A stretch of 64,000 bases of DNA from Candidatus Parcubacteria bacterium (lineage in GTDB: Bacteria > Patescibacteriota > Patescibacteriia > Patescibacteriales > UBA12075). Both the position numbers and the translations under genes were made by a program. The stretch covers positions 811,263 to 875,262 of the forward strand of contig CAWFCE010000002.1 of the NCBI GenBank assembly GCA_963814275.1, given 5' to 3'. Positions 35,754 through 43,376 of this stretch are shown piece after piece. How positions within the stretch are numbered: the stretch's first letter is position 1; every line of letters starts with the position of its first letter. The notes below the pieces were generated by a model. That model was given only the letters and a program-made list of their open reading frames with translations, did not search any database and was not told where the DNA came from.

Positions 35754-37356
35754 CATGATATATTTTTTAAGTACACAAAATAAATGTAACAACAATTGTC
35801 CCTATTGCGATTTGCTGAATAAAAAGACCGAAGAAGAAAAAACATTATGCGATCTGGAGGAGGAAATACGTTTGGCAAAAGACAGGGGATACGATACCAT
35901 TAAATTATCCTGTAATACCGATATTCGAAAAGATTTCATTGACTTGCTAAAAATTTTGCATAATCATCGATTGCAAGTAATTCTGGAAACTAATGGCCGG
36001 ATATTCTTTTATCGTGTTCTGATCAGAAAAATTTCCAAATACATTAAAAGCTACGAAATCTTGTTCGATTATGCTAACAATAGCGGTAATCCATATCCGG
36101 CAAGACGACAAGGACAAAAAATTGCCGGGATAAAAAACATAGTAGACCACGTTGACACCGATACCTTGACAGCCAAGATAATCCTTTGGGGTGATAATGC
36201 GAATAATTTTAGGGTTTTATTGAGCCAGGTAAAAGGTTTGGGATTTAAAAAGCTTAAGGTCGTTCTCCCCCTCAAGGGCAATGCCAATGATCCGGTGTAT
36301 TCCCTGGTAAGATATGTTTCGATGGTAAAAGAAATAAAAGATTGCATACGGCAACTCGGTTTGGAATTGATAATCGACTGGACGGTGGAATACAATCCTT
36401 ATATAACCGCGGATAGGGATTTTTTCGATATCAACAAAGCGGAACTGCGGTTTGAAAAAACAATTTACAAAAAAAAGCCGGCAATTAGCGTGGTAATTCC
36501 CACATATAATAAATCCGGTTATCTGGGAATCGTATTAAAGAGTTTTTCAGCGCAAAAAATCGACAGGTCAAAATATGAAATAATCGTGGTCGATGACGGT
36601 AGCACGGACGGAACAGGGGAAATGATTAAAAAAATGAACTTTCGTTGCAACATTAAATATATTTATTGGCCCCGTAAAAAACTTCCCGCAAATGATTTTT
36701 TCCGTAATTGGGCGGATTTTCACAACCGAGCAGGTTTGGCGCGTAATATCGGGATAAAAGAATCAAGGGGGGAGATAATACTGTTTAACGATAATGACGT
36801 GGTAGTGGAAACCGACTGCCTTAGCAGGCATCTGCGACATCACAGCAAGAACCGTTCGCTTGTAGTGAAGGGTTTGCGCTGGTTCGTGAACGATGAATTC
36901 TTTAACGGTCGGGGACTGCATGATATGACCATGAGAAAAATAAAAAATAATGCCAGTCCTGAAAAAACGGATATCGGTAAGCGCTTGCATTGCCGTGTGT
37001 ATGACCTGAAAAGAGAAGGCTGGCAACGCGTGATAACTTATAATTTGAGCATTAGGAAAAAGATCGTTGAAAAGGCAGGTTTATTCCACATGGACTCGCC
37101 TTTTTGGGGCTATGAAGATATTGACCTTGGTTACCGTCTGCACAATCTAAATTTAAAATTTATCTGGGATGGTGATATTAATGTTTATCATTTGCCCCAT
37201 CCGGTACAAACGAAAAATGGTCTTAACTCTTTGTCAGTCCTGTGGTTGAACCTGAATATATTATTTCGAAAATATCTGGATGAAGAAATGTACGAATTAT
37301 ATCGCGATGTGATATTGTATAAGCTAGAAAATATAATCAATAGAAAATTATGTTGA
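35740..37356 (+). CDS. Fusion protein: N-terminal radical-SAM-like domain plus C-terminal GT2 (GT-A) glycosyltransferase
   Basis: The N-terminus has STQNKCNNNCPYCDL (Cx3Cx2C) but no clear GGEP strand. From about aa 247 it reads ISVVIPTYNKSGYL...EIIVVDDGSTDGT...ILFNDNDVV, the GT2 DxD-type core. An alternative start at 35755 lies just after the upstream stop. Confidence 0.75.
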   Translation: MQLNNMIYFLSTQNKCNNNCPYCDLLNKKTEEEKTLCDLEEEIRLAKDRGYDTIKLSCNTDIRKDFIDLLKILHNHRLQVILETNGRIFFYRVLIRKISKYIKSYEILFDYANNSGNPYPARRQGQKIAGIKNIVDHVDTDTLTAKIILWGDNANNFRVLLSQVKGLGFKKLKVVLPLKGNANDPVYSLVRYVSMVKEIKDCIRQLGLELIIDWTVEYNPYITADRDFFDINKAELRFEKTIYKKKPAISVVIPTYNKSGYLGIVLKSFSAQKIDRSKYEIIVVDDGSTDGTGEMIKKMNFRCNIKYIYWPRKKLPANDFFRNWADFHNRAGLARNIGIKESRGEIILFNDNDVVVETDCLSRHLRHHSKNRSLVVKGLRWFVNDEFFNGRGLHDMTMRKIKNNASPEKTDIGKRLHCRVYDLKREGWQRVITYNLSIRKKIVEKAGLFHMDSPFWGYEDIDLGYRLHNLNLKFIWDGDINVYHLPHPVQTKNGLNSLSVLWLNLNILFRKYLDEEMYELYRDVILYKLENIINRKLC

Positions 37357-38603
37357 TTTTAGCAATTGATACAACCGGTTTGTTCAGCTCGCTGTCCCTG
37401 GTGGAAAACGGCAATAAAGTACTGTATTTAAAGCGCCAGTCAGTGGCTGTCCCCGGTAAAAATTGGCGTGATTTTCCGTATGTTTTGCCGCAGAAGCACA
37501 AAAAATTCATATTGAGCGAGGTCGGCAACTGTTTCAAGACATGTAGAATCAGCTGGCAAGATATTGACGCGATCGCCGTTAGCGCCGGCTCGGGAATTTA
37601 TAGCTGTGTAGTGGCCGGAGAAGCCATTGCATCGACCTGGTCCGAGATATTCAAAAAGCCGTTAATCAGAGTGGATCATATTCTGGCCCATATTTATTCG
37701 ACATGGCTGGAAAACGATATTGAACGATTCAATTTTCCCATATTGGTCTTTTCCGCTTCGGGCAGCCATAGCGATTTTTCCCTGATTAAGAGCCGGAGTG
37801 AAATGAGAATTTTATTTAACGAGACTCCCGAAGAGCAAGATGGGGTGCTCACATATTTCATCGGAGTGGGAAAATATTTTTACCGGATGGCGAATATGCT
37901 GTTGCCGGAGAAAGAAAAAGCCGACTGGAAAAACATTTTCCCTTATATCAATAAGGGAAATCACTCGAAATATGATATGACTGGATATTATTATAACGCT
38001 GACGATTTGTATAAAGAAACAATCGACAAGGAGTTGCATAATATTACTGATGCTATATACAAGAAAGCAGAAAAAATGAATATGAATGATTTTTCCAATA
38101 ATAAAACAATCGCTACGGCGTTATCTTGTCTGTATAGTGCCCGGGAAAGGAAGGATAAAGCCAGGGGAATCGCATTAAAATTCAGTATATCGAATGAAGG
38201 CGGTCAGCAGGGCAGAAGTTTGTTATTCAATTTTGATTTTAGTGATTTGATGTATGGTCTTGAAAAAATTAAGCAAGATTTAGCGACCGATAAAGGCAGT
38301 CTGACTAATAACGATATCGCCGACTTGTCCGCCAGTTTTCAACACTCGGTTTCAGAATTATTAATTAATAAAATTTTATTATTGATAAAGTTATTCAAGG
38401 TTAAGGAAGTGCACATTGCCGGCGGAATTTCCGCCAATGAATATCTGGAAAAACGTTTGAGGAAAAAAGTAAAAACCAAAGTGAGGTATCCCCAAAAATT
38501 GAATTTTAAATATGATAACGCGGCGATGATCGGCTGTTTGGCATATTACCAAAAATTTAATCGGATAAAATTCAAAAATTTCAAACCGAAAATAACGAAA
38601 TAA
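37350..38603 (+). CDS. tsaD: Kae1/TsaD-family protein (tRNA t6A synthase-like) with a ~70-80-aa insertion
   Basis: ILAIDTT, DIDAIAVSAGSGIY, VDHILAHI (HxxxH), FSASGSHSDF, HIAGGISANEYL and YDNAAMIG align in order with the TsaD motifs. The middle region (about aa 190-270) has no TsaD counterpart. Confidence 0.55.
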   Translation: MLILAIDTTGLFSSLSLVENGNKVLYLKRQSVAVPGKNWRDFPYVLPQKHKKFILSEVGNCFKTCRISWQDIDAIAVSAGSGIYSCVVAGEAIASTWSEIFKKPLIRVDHILAHIYSTWLENDIERFNFPILVFSASGSHSDFSLIKSRSEMRILFNETPEEQDGVLTYFIGVGKYFYRMANMLLPEKEKADWKNIFPYINKGNHSKYDMTGYYYNADDLYKETIDKELHNITDAIYKKAEKMNMNDFSNNKTIATALSCLYSARERKDKARGIALKFSISNEGGQQGRSLLFNFDFSDLMYGLEKIKQDLATDKGSLTNNDIADLSASFQHSVSELLINKILLLIKLFKVKEVHIAGGISANEYLEKRLRKKVKTKVRYPQKLNFKYDNAAMIGCLAYYQKFNRIKFKNFKPKITK

Positions 38604-38612
38604 ATATTTTTA

Positions 38613-39749
38613 ATGGATTTCGATCTAGTAGACATTATTTTATTACCCGCCCTGTTGATTGTCGGCGCAATCACATCCTGGGAAGATTACAGGATCGGGA
38701 AGATCAGGAATAAATGGCTGGTTATGGGCTTCATATATGGAATCGCAGTCTATATATTTTTTTTATTGCCGAATGTCGGGATAAACAGTTATATTTTCAA
38801 TAATTATCATTTGCCGGTATTAATTTTTTGGCAAATAGTCTTGAACACTTTGATTGCCGTTATTGCGAGCTTTTTGTTATGGCGTTTCGGTTATATTTCC
38901 GCCGGTGACGCTAAGCTCTTCATTATTTATTGCTGGCTGTTGCCGTTTAAATATTATAGCCGCACCTACTTACCTGCTTTTCCGTCCTTTGCCTTGCTGA
39001 TCAATATGTATTTACCTCTTTTATTATTGTTGTTTATTGAGTCGATTTGGTATCTTTTTAAAAGGCCTGCCGGTAAGCGGAAAAAGAAACAATTCGGCCA
39101 AGCGAGTACGCACAATTTGTCTAGTATGGGGATAGAAAGTTTCATATGGCAAATCATAAATTTTATTTCCTTGATTATCATCTTTAATTTCATTAGAAAT
39201 ATATTTAGTCCATGGCTGCCCGAAATTTTCAGGGGTAATATTTTATTGTTTTTGGTTTTTTATATCGGAAGACGATATATTTACAATATATTCAAAAATA
39301 AAAAATACTTATTGGCCTTGGTGACATTAGCCTTATTGGCAGAACTGTCCTACTTGTTAATTTACGGGCCAGTATTGACTATCGAAAAATTTTGGATTGT
39401 AGCGCAAACCTCGATCGTTTTTTTAATCGCGATTATATTATTGCAAAATCTGTTCGAAAAGCATCTGCTTAAGACCGCTTTAAGAAAAATTAAAATAAAA
39501 AATTTAAAAGTCGGGATGACCCCGCTCCTGAAAAAGAGACCAACTCCGATGATCGGCCTTATAGGCGGTAGCGGAATTACCAAAGAACAAATTGAGATTT
39601 TGAAAAAATGGGGAAAGGATAATGATTTTAAAGAGATGGAAATATATAGAAAAGCGCCGTTTGCCCACTGGATGCTTTTGGGAGTAATCATTACTATAGT
39701 CATGCATGGTTCGCTTTTACACTTATTTTTAGATAAAATTTCAAATTAA
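38613..39749 (+). CDS. A24-family (prepilin peptidase-like) aspartic membrane protease with an extended C-terminal region
   Basis: Polytopic membrane protein. TSWEDYRIGKIRNKW is the first Asp motif (D-x-x-x-x-x-I-[PR]-N). ISAGDAKLFIIY is the second (G-x-G-D-x-K-L). Confidence 0.6.
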   Translation: MDFDLVDIILLPALLIVGAITSWEDYRIGKIRNKWLVMGFIYGIAVYIFFLLPNVGINSYIFNNYHLPVLIFWQIVLNTLIAVIASFLLWRFGYISAGDAKLFIIYCWLLPFKYYSRTYLPAFPSFALLINMYLPLLLLLFIESIWYLFKRPAGKRKKKQFGQASTHNLSSMGIESFIWQIINFISLIIIFNFIRNIFSPWLPEIFRGNILLFLVFYIGRRYIYNIFKNKKYLLALVTLALLAELSYLLIYGPVLTIEKFWIVAQTSIVFLIAIILLQNLFEKHLLKTALRKIKIKNLKVGMTPLLKKRPTPMIGLIGGSGITKEQIEILKKWGKDNDFKEMEIYRKAPFAHWMLLGVIITIVMHGSLLHLFLDKISN

Positions 39750-39755
39750 TTTATC

Positions 39756-39799
39756 GGACAATAAACAAATTAATGTTTCATTAATTTGTTTTTTTGTCC
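39756..39799 (+). terminator. Rho-independent terminator closing the long plus-strand gene train
   Basis: The inner stem is AAACAAATTAAT-GTTTC-ATTAATTTGTTT (12 bp) followed by TTTT. An outer GGACAA...TTGTCC pairing extends it. Confidence 0.7.
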
Positions 39800-39882
39800 A
39801 AAAAATTGTATAATAATAGTACTTATTAACAGTTTTATTTTTGAATTTAAGCAAGAATTAATTATTTTATTTAGATAGTTTT

Positions 39883-41199
39883 ATGCCCAAGATTAAAAAC
39901 ATTTTAGCCCGCGAGATCCTTGATTCACGGGGTAATCCGACTGTGGAAACGAATATTATCCTGGATAACGGTGTTTCGGCCAAAGCCAGCGTGCCGAGCG
40001 GAGCCTCGACCGGCATTCACGAGGCCTGGGAATTGCGGGACGAAGATTATCAGCGCTATAGCGGCAAAGGCGTGCTCAAAGCGGTTGAAAACGTAAATAC
40101 AAAGATCTTCAAAGCGCTTAAAGGAAAAGACATCGATAAGCAGGAGCAGATCGATGAGATGATGATCGAGCTTGATGGCACCAAAAATAAGAAGAATCTG
40201 GGCGCGAACGCCATATTATCTGTATCCCTGGCCTCGGCTCGGACCGCGGCTATGGCAAATAATACGGAGCTTTACGCCTATATTGCAGAAACCTTCAAAT
40301 TTGACACCAAAAAATACCGTCTGCCCACGCCGTCATTCAATATTTTTAACGGCGGCAAACATGCCGACACCAATCTGGATTTCCAGGAATTCATGATTAT
40401 GCCGCTGCGCGGTACGCGGACGGGCACGGATAAGAAACGGATAAACACTGATAACGAACTACCGTTCGCCAGGATGGTGAGGATGGGAGCGGAGATCTTT
40501 CATGAGTTGGGCAAGGTATTGAAGGAAGGGGGGTATGATACCGACGTCGGCAATGAGGGCGGCTATGCCCCGGATATCCATTCGAGCATCCAGGCGCTGG
40601 AATTCATTTCCGCCGCGGCGACCCGGACCGGCTATAAACCGGGCGAGGACGTCGGCTTCGGTATCGATGTCGGTTCGAGCGGACTTTATAATCCGGAAAC
40701 CAAAAAATACGTTTTCAAGCTCGACAATGCCCAGTTTACGGCCGTTACTTTGACCCATTTGTATTATGAATGGTTCCGGAAATTTCCGATCATCTCGATC
40801 GAGGATGGCTTGGGGGAAGATGACTGGGCCGGCTGGCGCGAACTGAATCATGAATTGGGCCGGGAAATGCTTCTGATCGGCGACGATCTTTTCGTGACCA
40901 ACCTCGACCGCCTGCGGCGGGGGATCAAGGAGCGGGCGGCCAACGCCATTCTGATCAAGCCGAACCAGGTCGGGACCTTGACCGAAACGGTGGCAACGAT
41001 CAAACTGGCGCAGAAGCATGGCCTCAAAACCATGGCCAGCCACCGCAGCGGCGAGACCACCGACGACTTTATCGCCGATCTGGCGGTCGGTACCGGTTGT
41101 GATTACATCAAATCCGGCTCATTGTCGCGCGGCGAGAGATTGGCGAAGTATAATAGGCTAATGGAGATAGAGATGGCACTTGAACACGGGAACACTTGA
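39883..41199 (+). CDS. eno: Enolase (phosphopyruvate hydratase)
   Basis: ILDSRGNPTVE, SGASTGIHEA, IEDGLGEDDW, LIKPNQVGTLTE and SHRSGETTD are all canonical enolase motifs. A ~15-aa basic insertion follows EFMIMP. Confidence 0.97.
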   Translation: MPKIKNILAREILDSRGNPTVETNIILDNGVSAKASVPSGASTGIHEAWELRDEDYQRYSGKGVLKAVENVNTKIFKALKGKDIDKQEQIDEMMIELDGTKNKKNLGANAILSVSLASARTAAMANNTELYAYIAETFKFDTKKYRLPTPSFNIFNGGKHADTNLDFQEFMIMPLRGTRTGTDKKRINTDNELPFARMVRMGAEIFHELGKVLKEGGYDTDVGNEGGYAPDIHSSIQALEFISAAATRTGYKPGEDVGFGIDVGSSGLYNPETKKYVFKLDNAQFTAVTLTHLYYEWFRKFPIISIEDGLGEDDWAGWRELNHELGREMLLIGDDLFVTNLDRLRRGIKERAANAILIKPNQVGTLTETVATIKLAQKHGLKTMASHRSGETTDDFIADLAVGTGCDYIKSGSLSRGERLAKYNRLMEIEMALEHGNT

Positions 41200-41648
41200 G
41201 CACCGGATCAATATAATAAGAGTACCTAATTCGTAAATGCAATTTTTTATGGGTGAGTTTCGGGATAAATTAATCAAGAAAATAGATGAATACGTCCATT
41301 ATATCTATAGATTTACCAGAGATTTTCCCAAAGAAGAATTGTACGGGGCGGTATCACAAATCCGCCGCGCGTCTATGTCTATTATATTGAATTATATCGA
41401 AGGCTATGCCAGGAGAAGACCGGCTGTACAGTTGAATTTTTTTGAAACTTCATACGGATCATTTAAAGAATCTAAATATCTTTTACATTTTTCTTTGGTA
41501 GAAAAATATATTAATGAAATTGATTATATAAAAGGTCTAAATTTGGCCGAAGAAATTGGCGCCATGCTATGGACAGAGCTATCTTCTTTGGATAATAAGT
41601 TAAAGCCAGGGATCAAATAGTGTTTCAGTGTTCCGGTGCCCAAGTGTT
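41191..41648. repeat. 17-bp inverted repeat (16/17) bracketing the four-helix-bundle gene
   Basis: The left arm AACACTTGAGCACCGGA (41191-41207) overlaps the eno stop codon. The right arm TCCGGTGCCCAAGTGTT (41632-41648) lies just upstream of gpmI. The arms are rich in GAACAC/GTGTT(C) units. Confidence 0.8.
41237..41620 (+). CDS. Four-helix-bundle protein (23S rRNA intervening-sequence protein family, TIGR02436-like)
   Basis: YRFTRDFPKEELYGAVSQIRRASMSIILNYIEGYARR...SYGSFKESKYLLHFS matches the family pattern FPkeE-x-y-x-l-x-sQlrRAa-x-Si-x-x-NIaEG. An alternative start lies at 41249. Confidence 0.85.
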   Translation: MQFFMGEFRDKLIKKIDEYVHYIYRFTRDFPKEELYGAVSQIRRASMSIILNYIEGYARRRPAVQLNFFETSYGSFKESKYLLHFSLVEKYINEIDYIKGLNLAEEIGAMLWTELSSLDNKLKPGIK

Positions 41649-41662
41649 TAAATGAAAGTATT

Positions 41663-43252
41663 ATGCCGAAAAAAACAAGCAAACCACGTACCAATCTCCC
41701 CCTTGTCCTCATAATCCTCGACGGCTGGGGGATCGATAAGCCGAACAAAGGGAATGCCATAGCGCTGGCCAGGACGCCGACTATGGACGGCTTGATGCGG
41801 AAATATCCGAGTGCCAAACTGCGGGCCCACAGCCGGTTCGTCGGCTTGCCGGCCGGCCAGGTCGGCAATAGCGAAGCCGGGCACATGAACATCGGCGCCG
41901 GCCGCCTGGTCGAACAGGATTCCGTCCGTATCAGCAAAAGCATCCAGGACAAGACTTTCAATAAGAATTCGGCCTTTTTGGGCGCTATCCGCCACGTCAA
42001 AAAAATGAATTCGCGCATGCATCTCATCGGCATGCTGTCCAATGGGCAAAGTCCGCACAGCGACCCGGGGCATTTGCTGGCCCTGATCAAATTAATGAAG
42101 CTGCGCGGCATAGACGACGTTTTTTTGCATCTTTTCACGGATGGCCGCGACTCGCCGAAGTACGCGGCATTGCAGCTGGTTGACGATCTCGAGAGCCGCG
42201 TTTCGGGGGGGATTTATATCGCCTCGATCATGGGCCGGTTCTACGCGATGGACCGGAAAAAGAAATGGGAACGGACCGAAGCGGCATACAAAACGCTGGT
42301 GGCCGGGCAGGGATTGAAGGCAAAAAGCGCGCAAGCGGCCATTACCGAATCGTATAACCGCGGCGAAAGCGACGAATTCATCCAGCCAAACGTGATCGAG
42401 CAGATCAAAGGCTTGAATAGCCGGATCAAAGACGGCGATAGCGTGATATTCTTCAACTTACGATCGGACCGCGGCCGTCAATTGAGTAAGGCGTTTGTCC
42501 AGAAAGATTTCAACCGGATGAATCCGGGTTCGTTCAAACGGCCGAACAAACTGCACCATTTGTATTTTACCGCGATGACCGACTTCGGCCCTGATCTGGA
42601 CGACATTCTGACCGCTTATCCCAGTTTTGACCTGGGCGATACCCTGCCGATGCGGCTGAAAGACTATCGGCAGTTATATCTGGCGGAAACCGAAAAATAC
42701 GCCCATGTGACATATTTTTTCAATGGCGGTTTTTCCGGCACGGTCGCCGGCGAAGAACAAATGATGGTACCGTCGCCGGACGTGAAGTCTTACGACCAGA
42801 CACCGGCCATGAGCTCGGCGGGACTGGCCAAGGTGTTATTGGGCAATATCAAACCGAACGGCAAGACAAAACGCTGGCTTTATGATTTCATTACCGTGAA
42901 TTTCGCCGCTCCCGATATGGTTGGCCATACCGGCAATCTGTCCGCCGCGATCAAGACCTGCGAAGCGGTGGACAAATACGTCAGCGAGATCGTCAAAGCA
43001 TATTTGAAAGTCGGCGGAACCGTTTTGATCACCGCTGATCACGGTAATATCGAAAAAATGATCAATCTGGAAACCGATGAAATTTTTACCGAGCACACCA
43101 CCAATCAGGTACCGTTTATCGTTGTTAATAACAAATTACGCAATCGCTTGAAATTACGCTCCAATGGCATCTTGGGCGATATCGCGCCAACGATACTGAA
43201 GCTATTGGGTGAAAAACGCCCGTCCGCAATGCGGCGGAAAGCGCTTTTTTAG
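41663..43252 (+). CDS. gpmI: 2,3-bisphosphoglycerate-independent phosphoglycerate mutase
   Basis: LVLIILDGWG, the nucleophile motif GQVGNSEAGHMNIGAGR, NFAAPDMVGHTG, ITADHGN and TEHT. The length is full, about 530 aa. The ATG at 41663 is preferred over the track start at 41636. Confidence 0.93.
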   Translation: MPKKTSKPRTNLPLVLIILDGWGIDKPNKGNAIALARTPTMDGLMRKYPSAKLRAHSRFVGLPAGQVGNSEAGHMNIGAGRLVEQDSVRISKSIQDKTFNKNSAFLGAIRHVKKMNSRMHLIGMLSNGQSPHSDPGHLLALIKLMKLRGIDDVFLHLFTDGRDSPKYAALQLVDDLESRVSGGIYIASIMGRFYAMDRKKKWERTEAAYKTLVAGQGLKAKSAQAAITESYNRGESDEFIQPNVIEQIKGLNSRIKDGDSVIFFNLRSDRGRQLSKAFVQKDFNRMNPGSFKRPNKLHHLYFTAMTDFGPDLDDILTAYPSFDLGDTLPMRLKDYRQLYLAETEKYAHVTYFFNGGFSGTVAGEEQMMVPSPDVKSYDQTPAMSSAGLAKVLLGNIKPNGKTKRWLYDFITVNFAAPDMVGHTGNLSAAIKTCEAVDKYVSEIVKAYLKVGGTVLITADHGNIEKMINLETDEIFTEHTTNQVPFIVVNNKLRNRLKLRSNGILGDIAPTILKLLGEKRPSAMRRKALF

Positions 43253-43262
43253 CGCCCGAACT

Positions 43263-43366
43263 TTCGAACACGCAAACACAAGAATACGGTAACCACGGAA
43301 CAAGATAATCCTGAAAAACGGCTAGAATCAACCATGTTCGCGTGTTCCAGTGTTTGGGTGTTCTAA
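43263..43366. repeat. Second GAACAC-type inverted repeat enclosing only ~70 nt ('empty' counterpart of 41191-41648)
   Basis: TTCGAACACGCAAACAC (43263-43279) pairs with GTGTTTGGGTGTTCTAA (43350-43366) at 15/17 positions. The locus lies between the gpmI stop and the start of the gpmI-like gene. Confidence 0.7.
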
Positions 43367-43376
43367 TGCTAACATT

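Noticed and set aside
3100-39800. Classifying the AT-rich block as a mobile genomic island
   Set aside because: I saw no integrase, transposase, recombinase, flanking tRNA or terminal direct repeats. Only the compositional shift supports foreign origin, so it is reported as an observation and not as a mobile_element feature.
40459-42138. Minus-strand ORFs of 194 aa (40459-41043), 204 aa (41524-42138) and 141 aa (41648-42073)
   Set aside because: They are antisense to eno and gpmI, both of which carry complete canonical motif sets.
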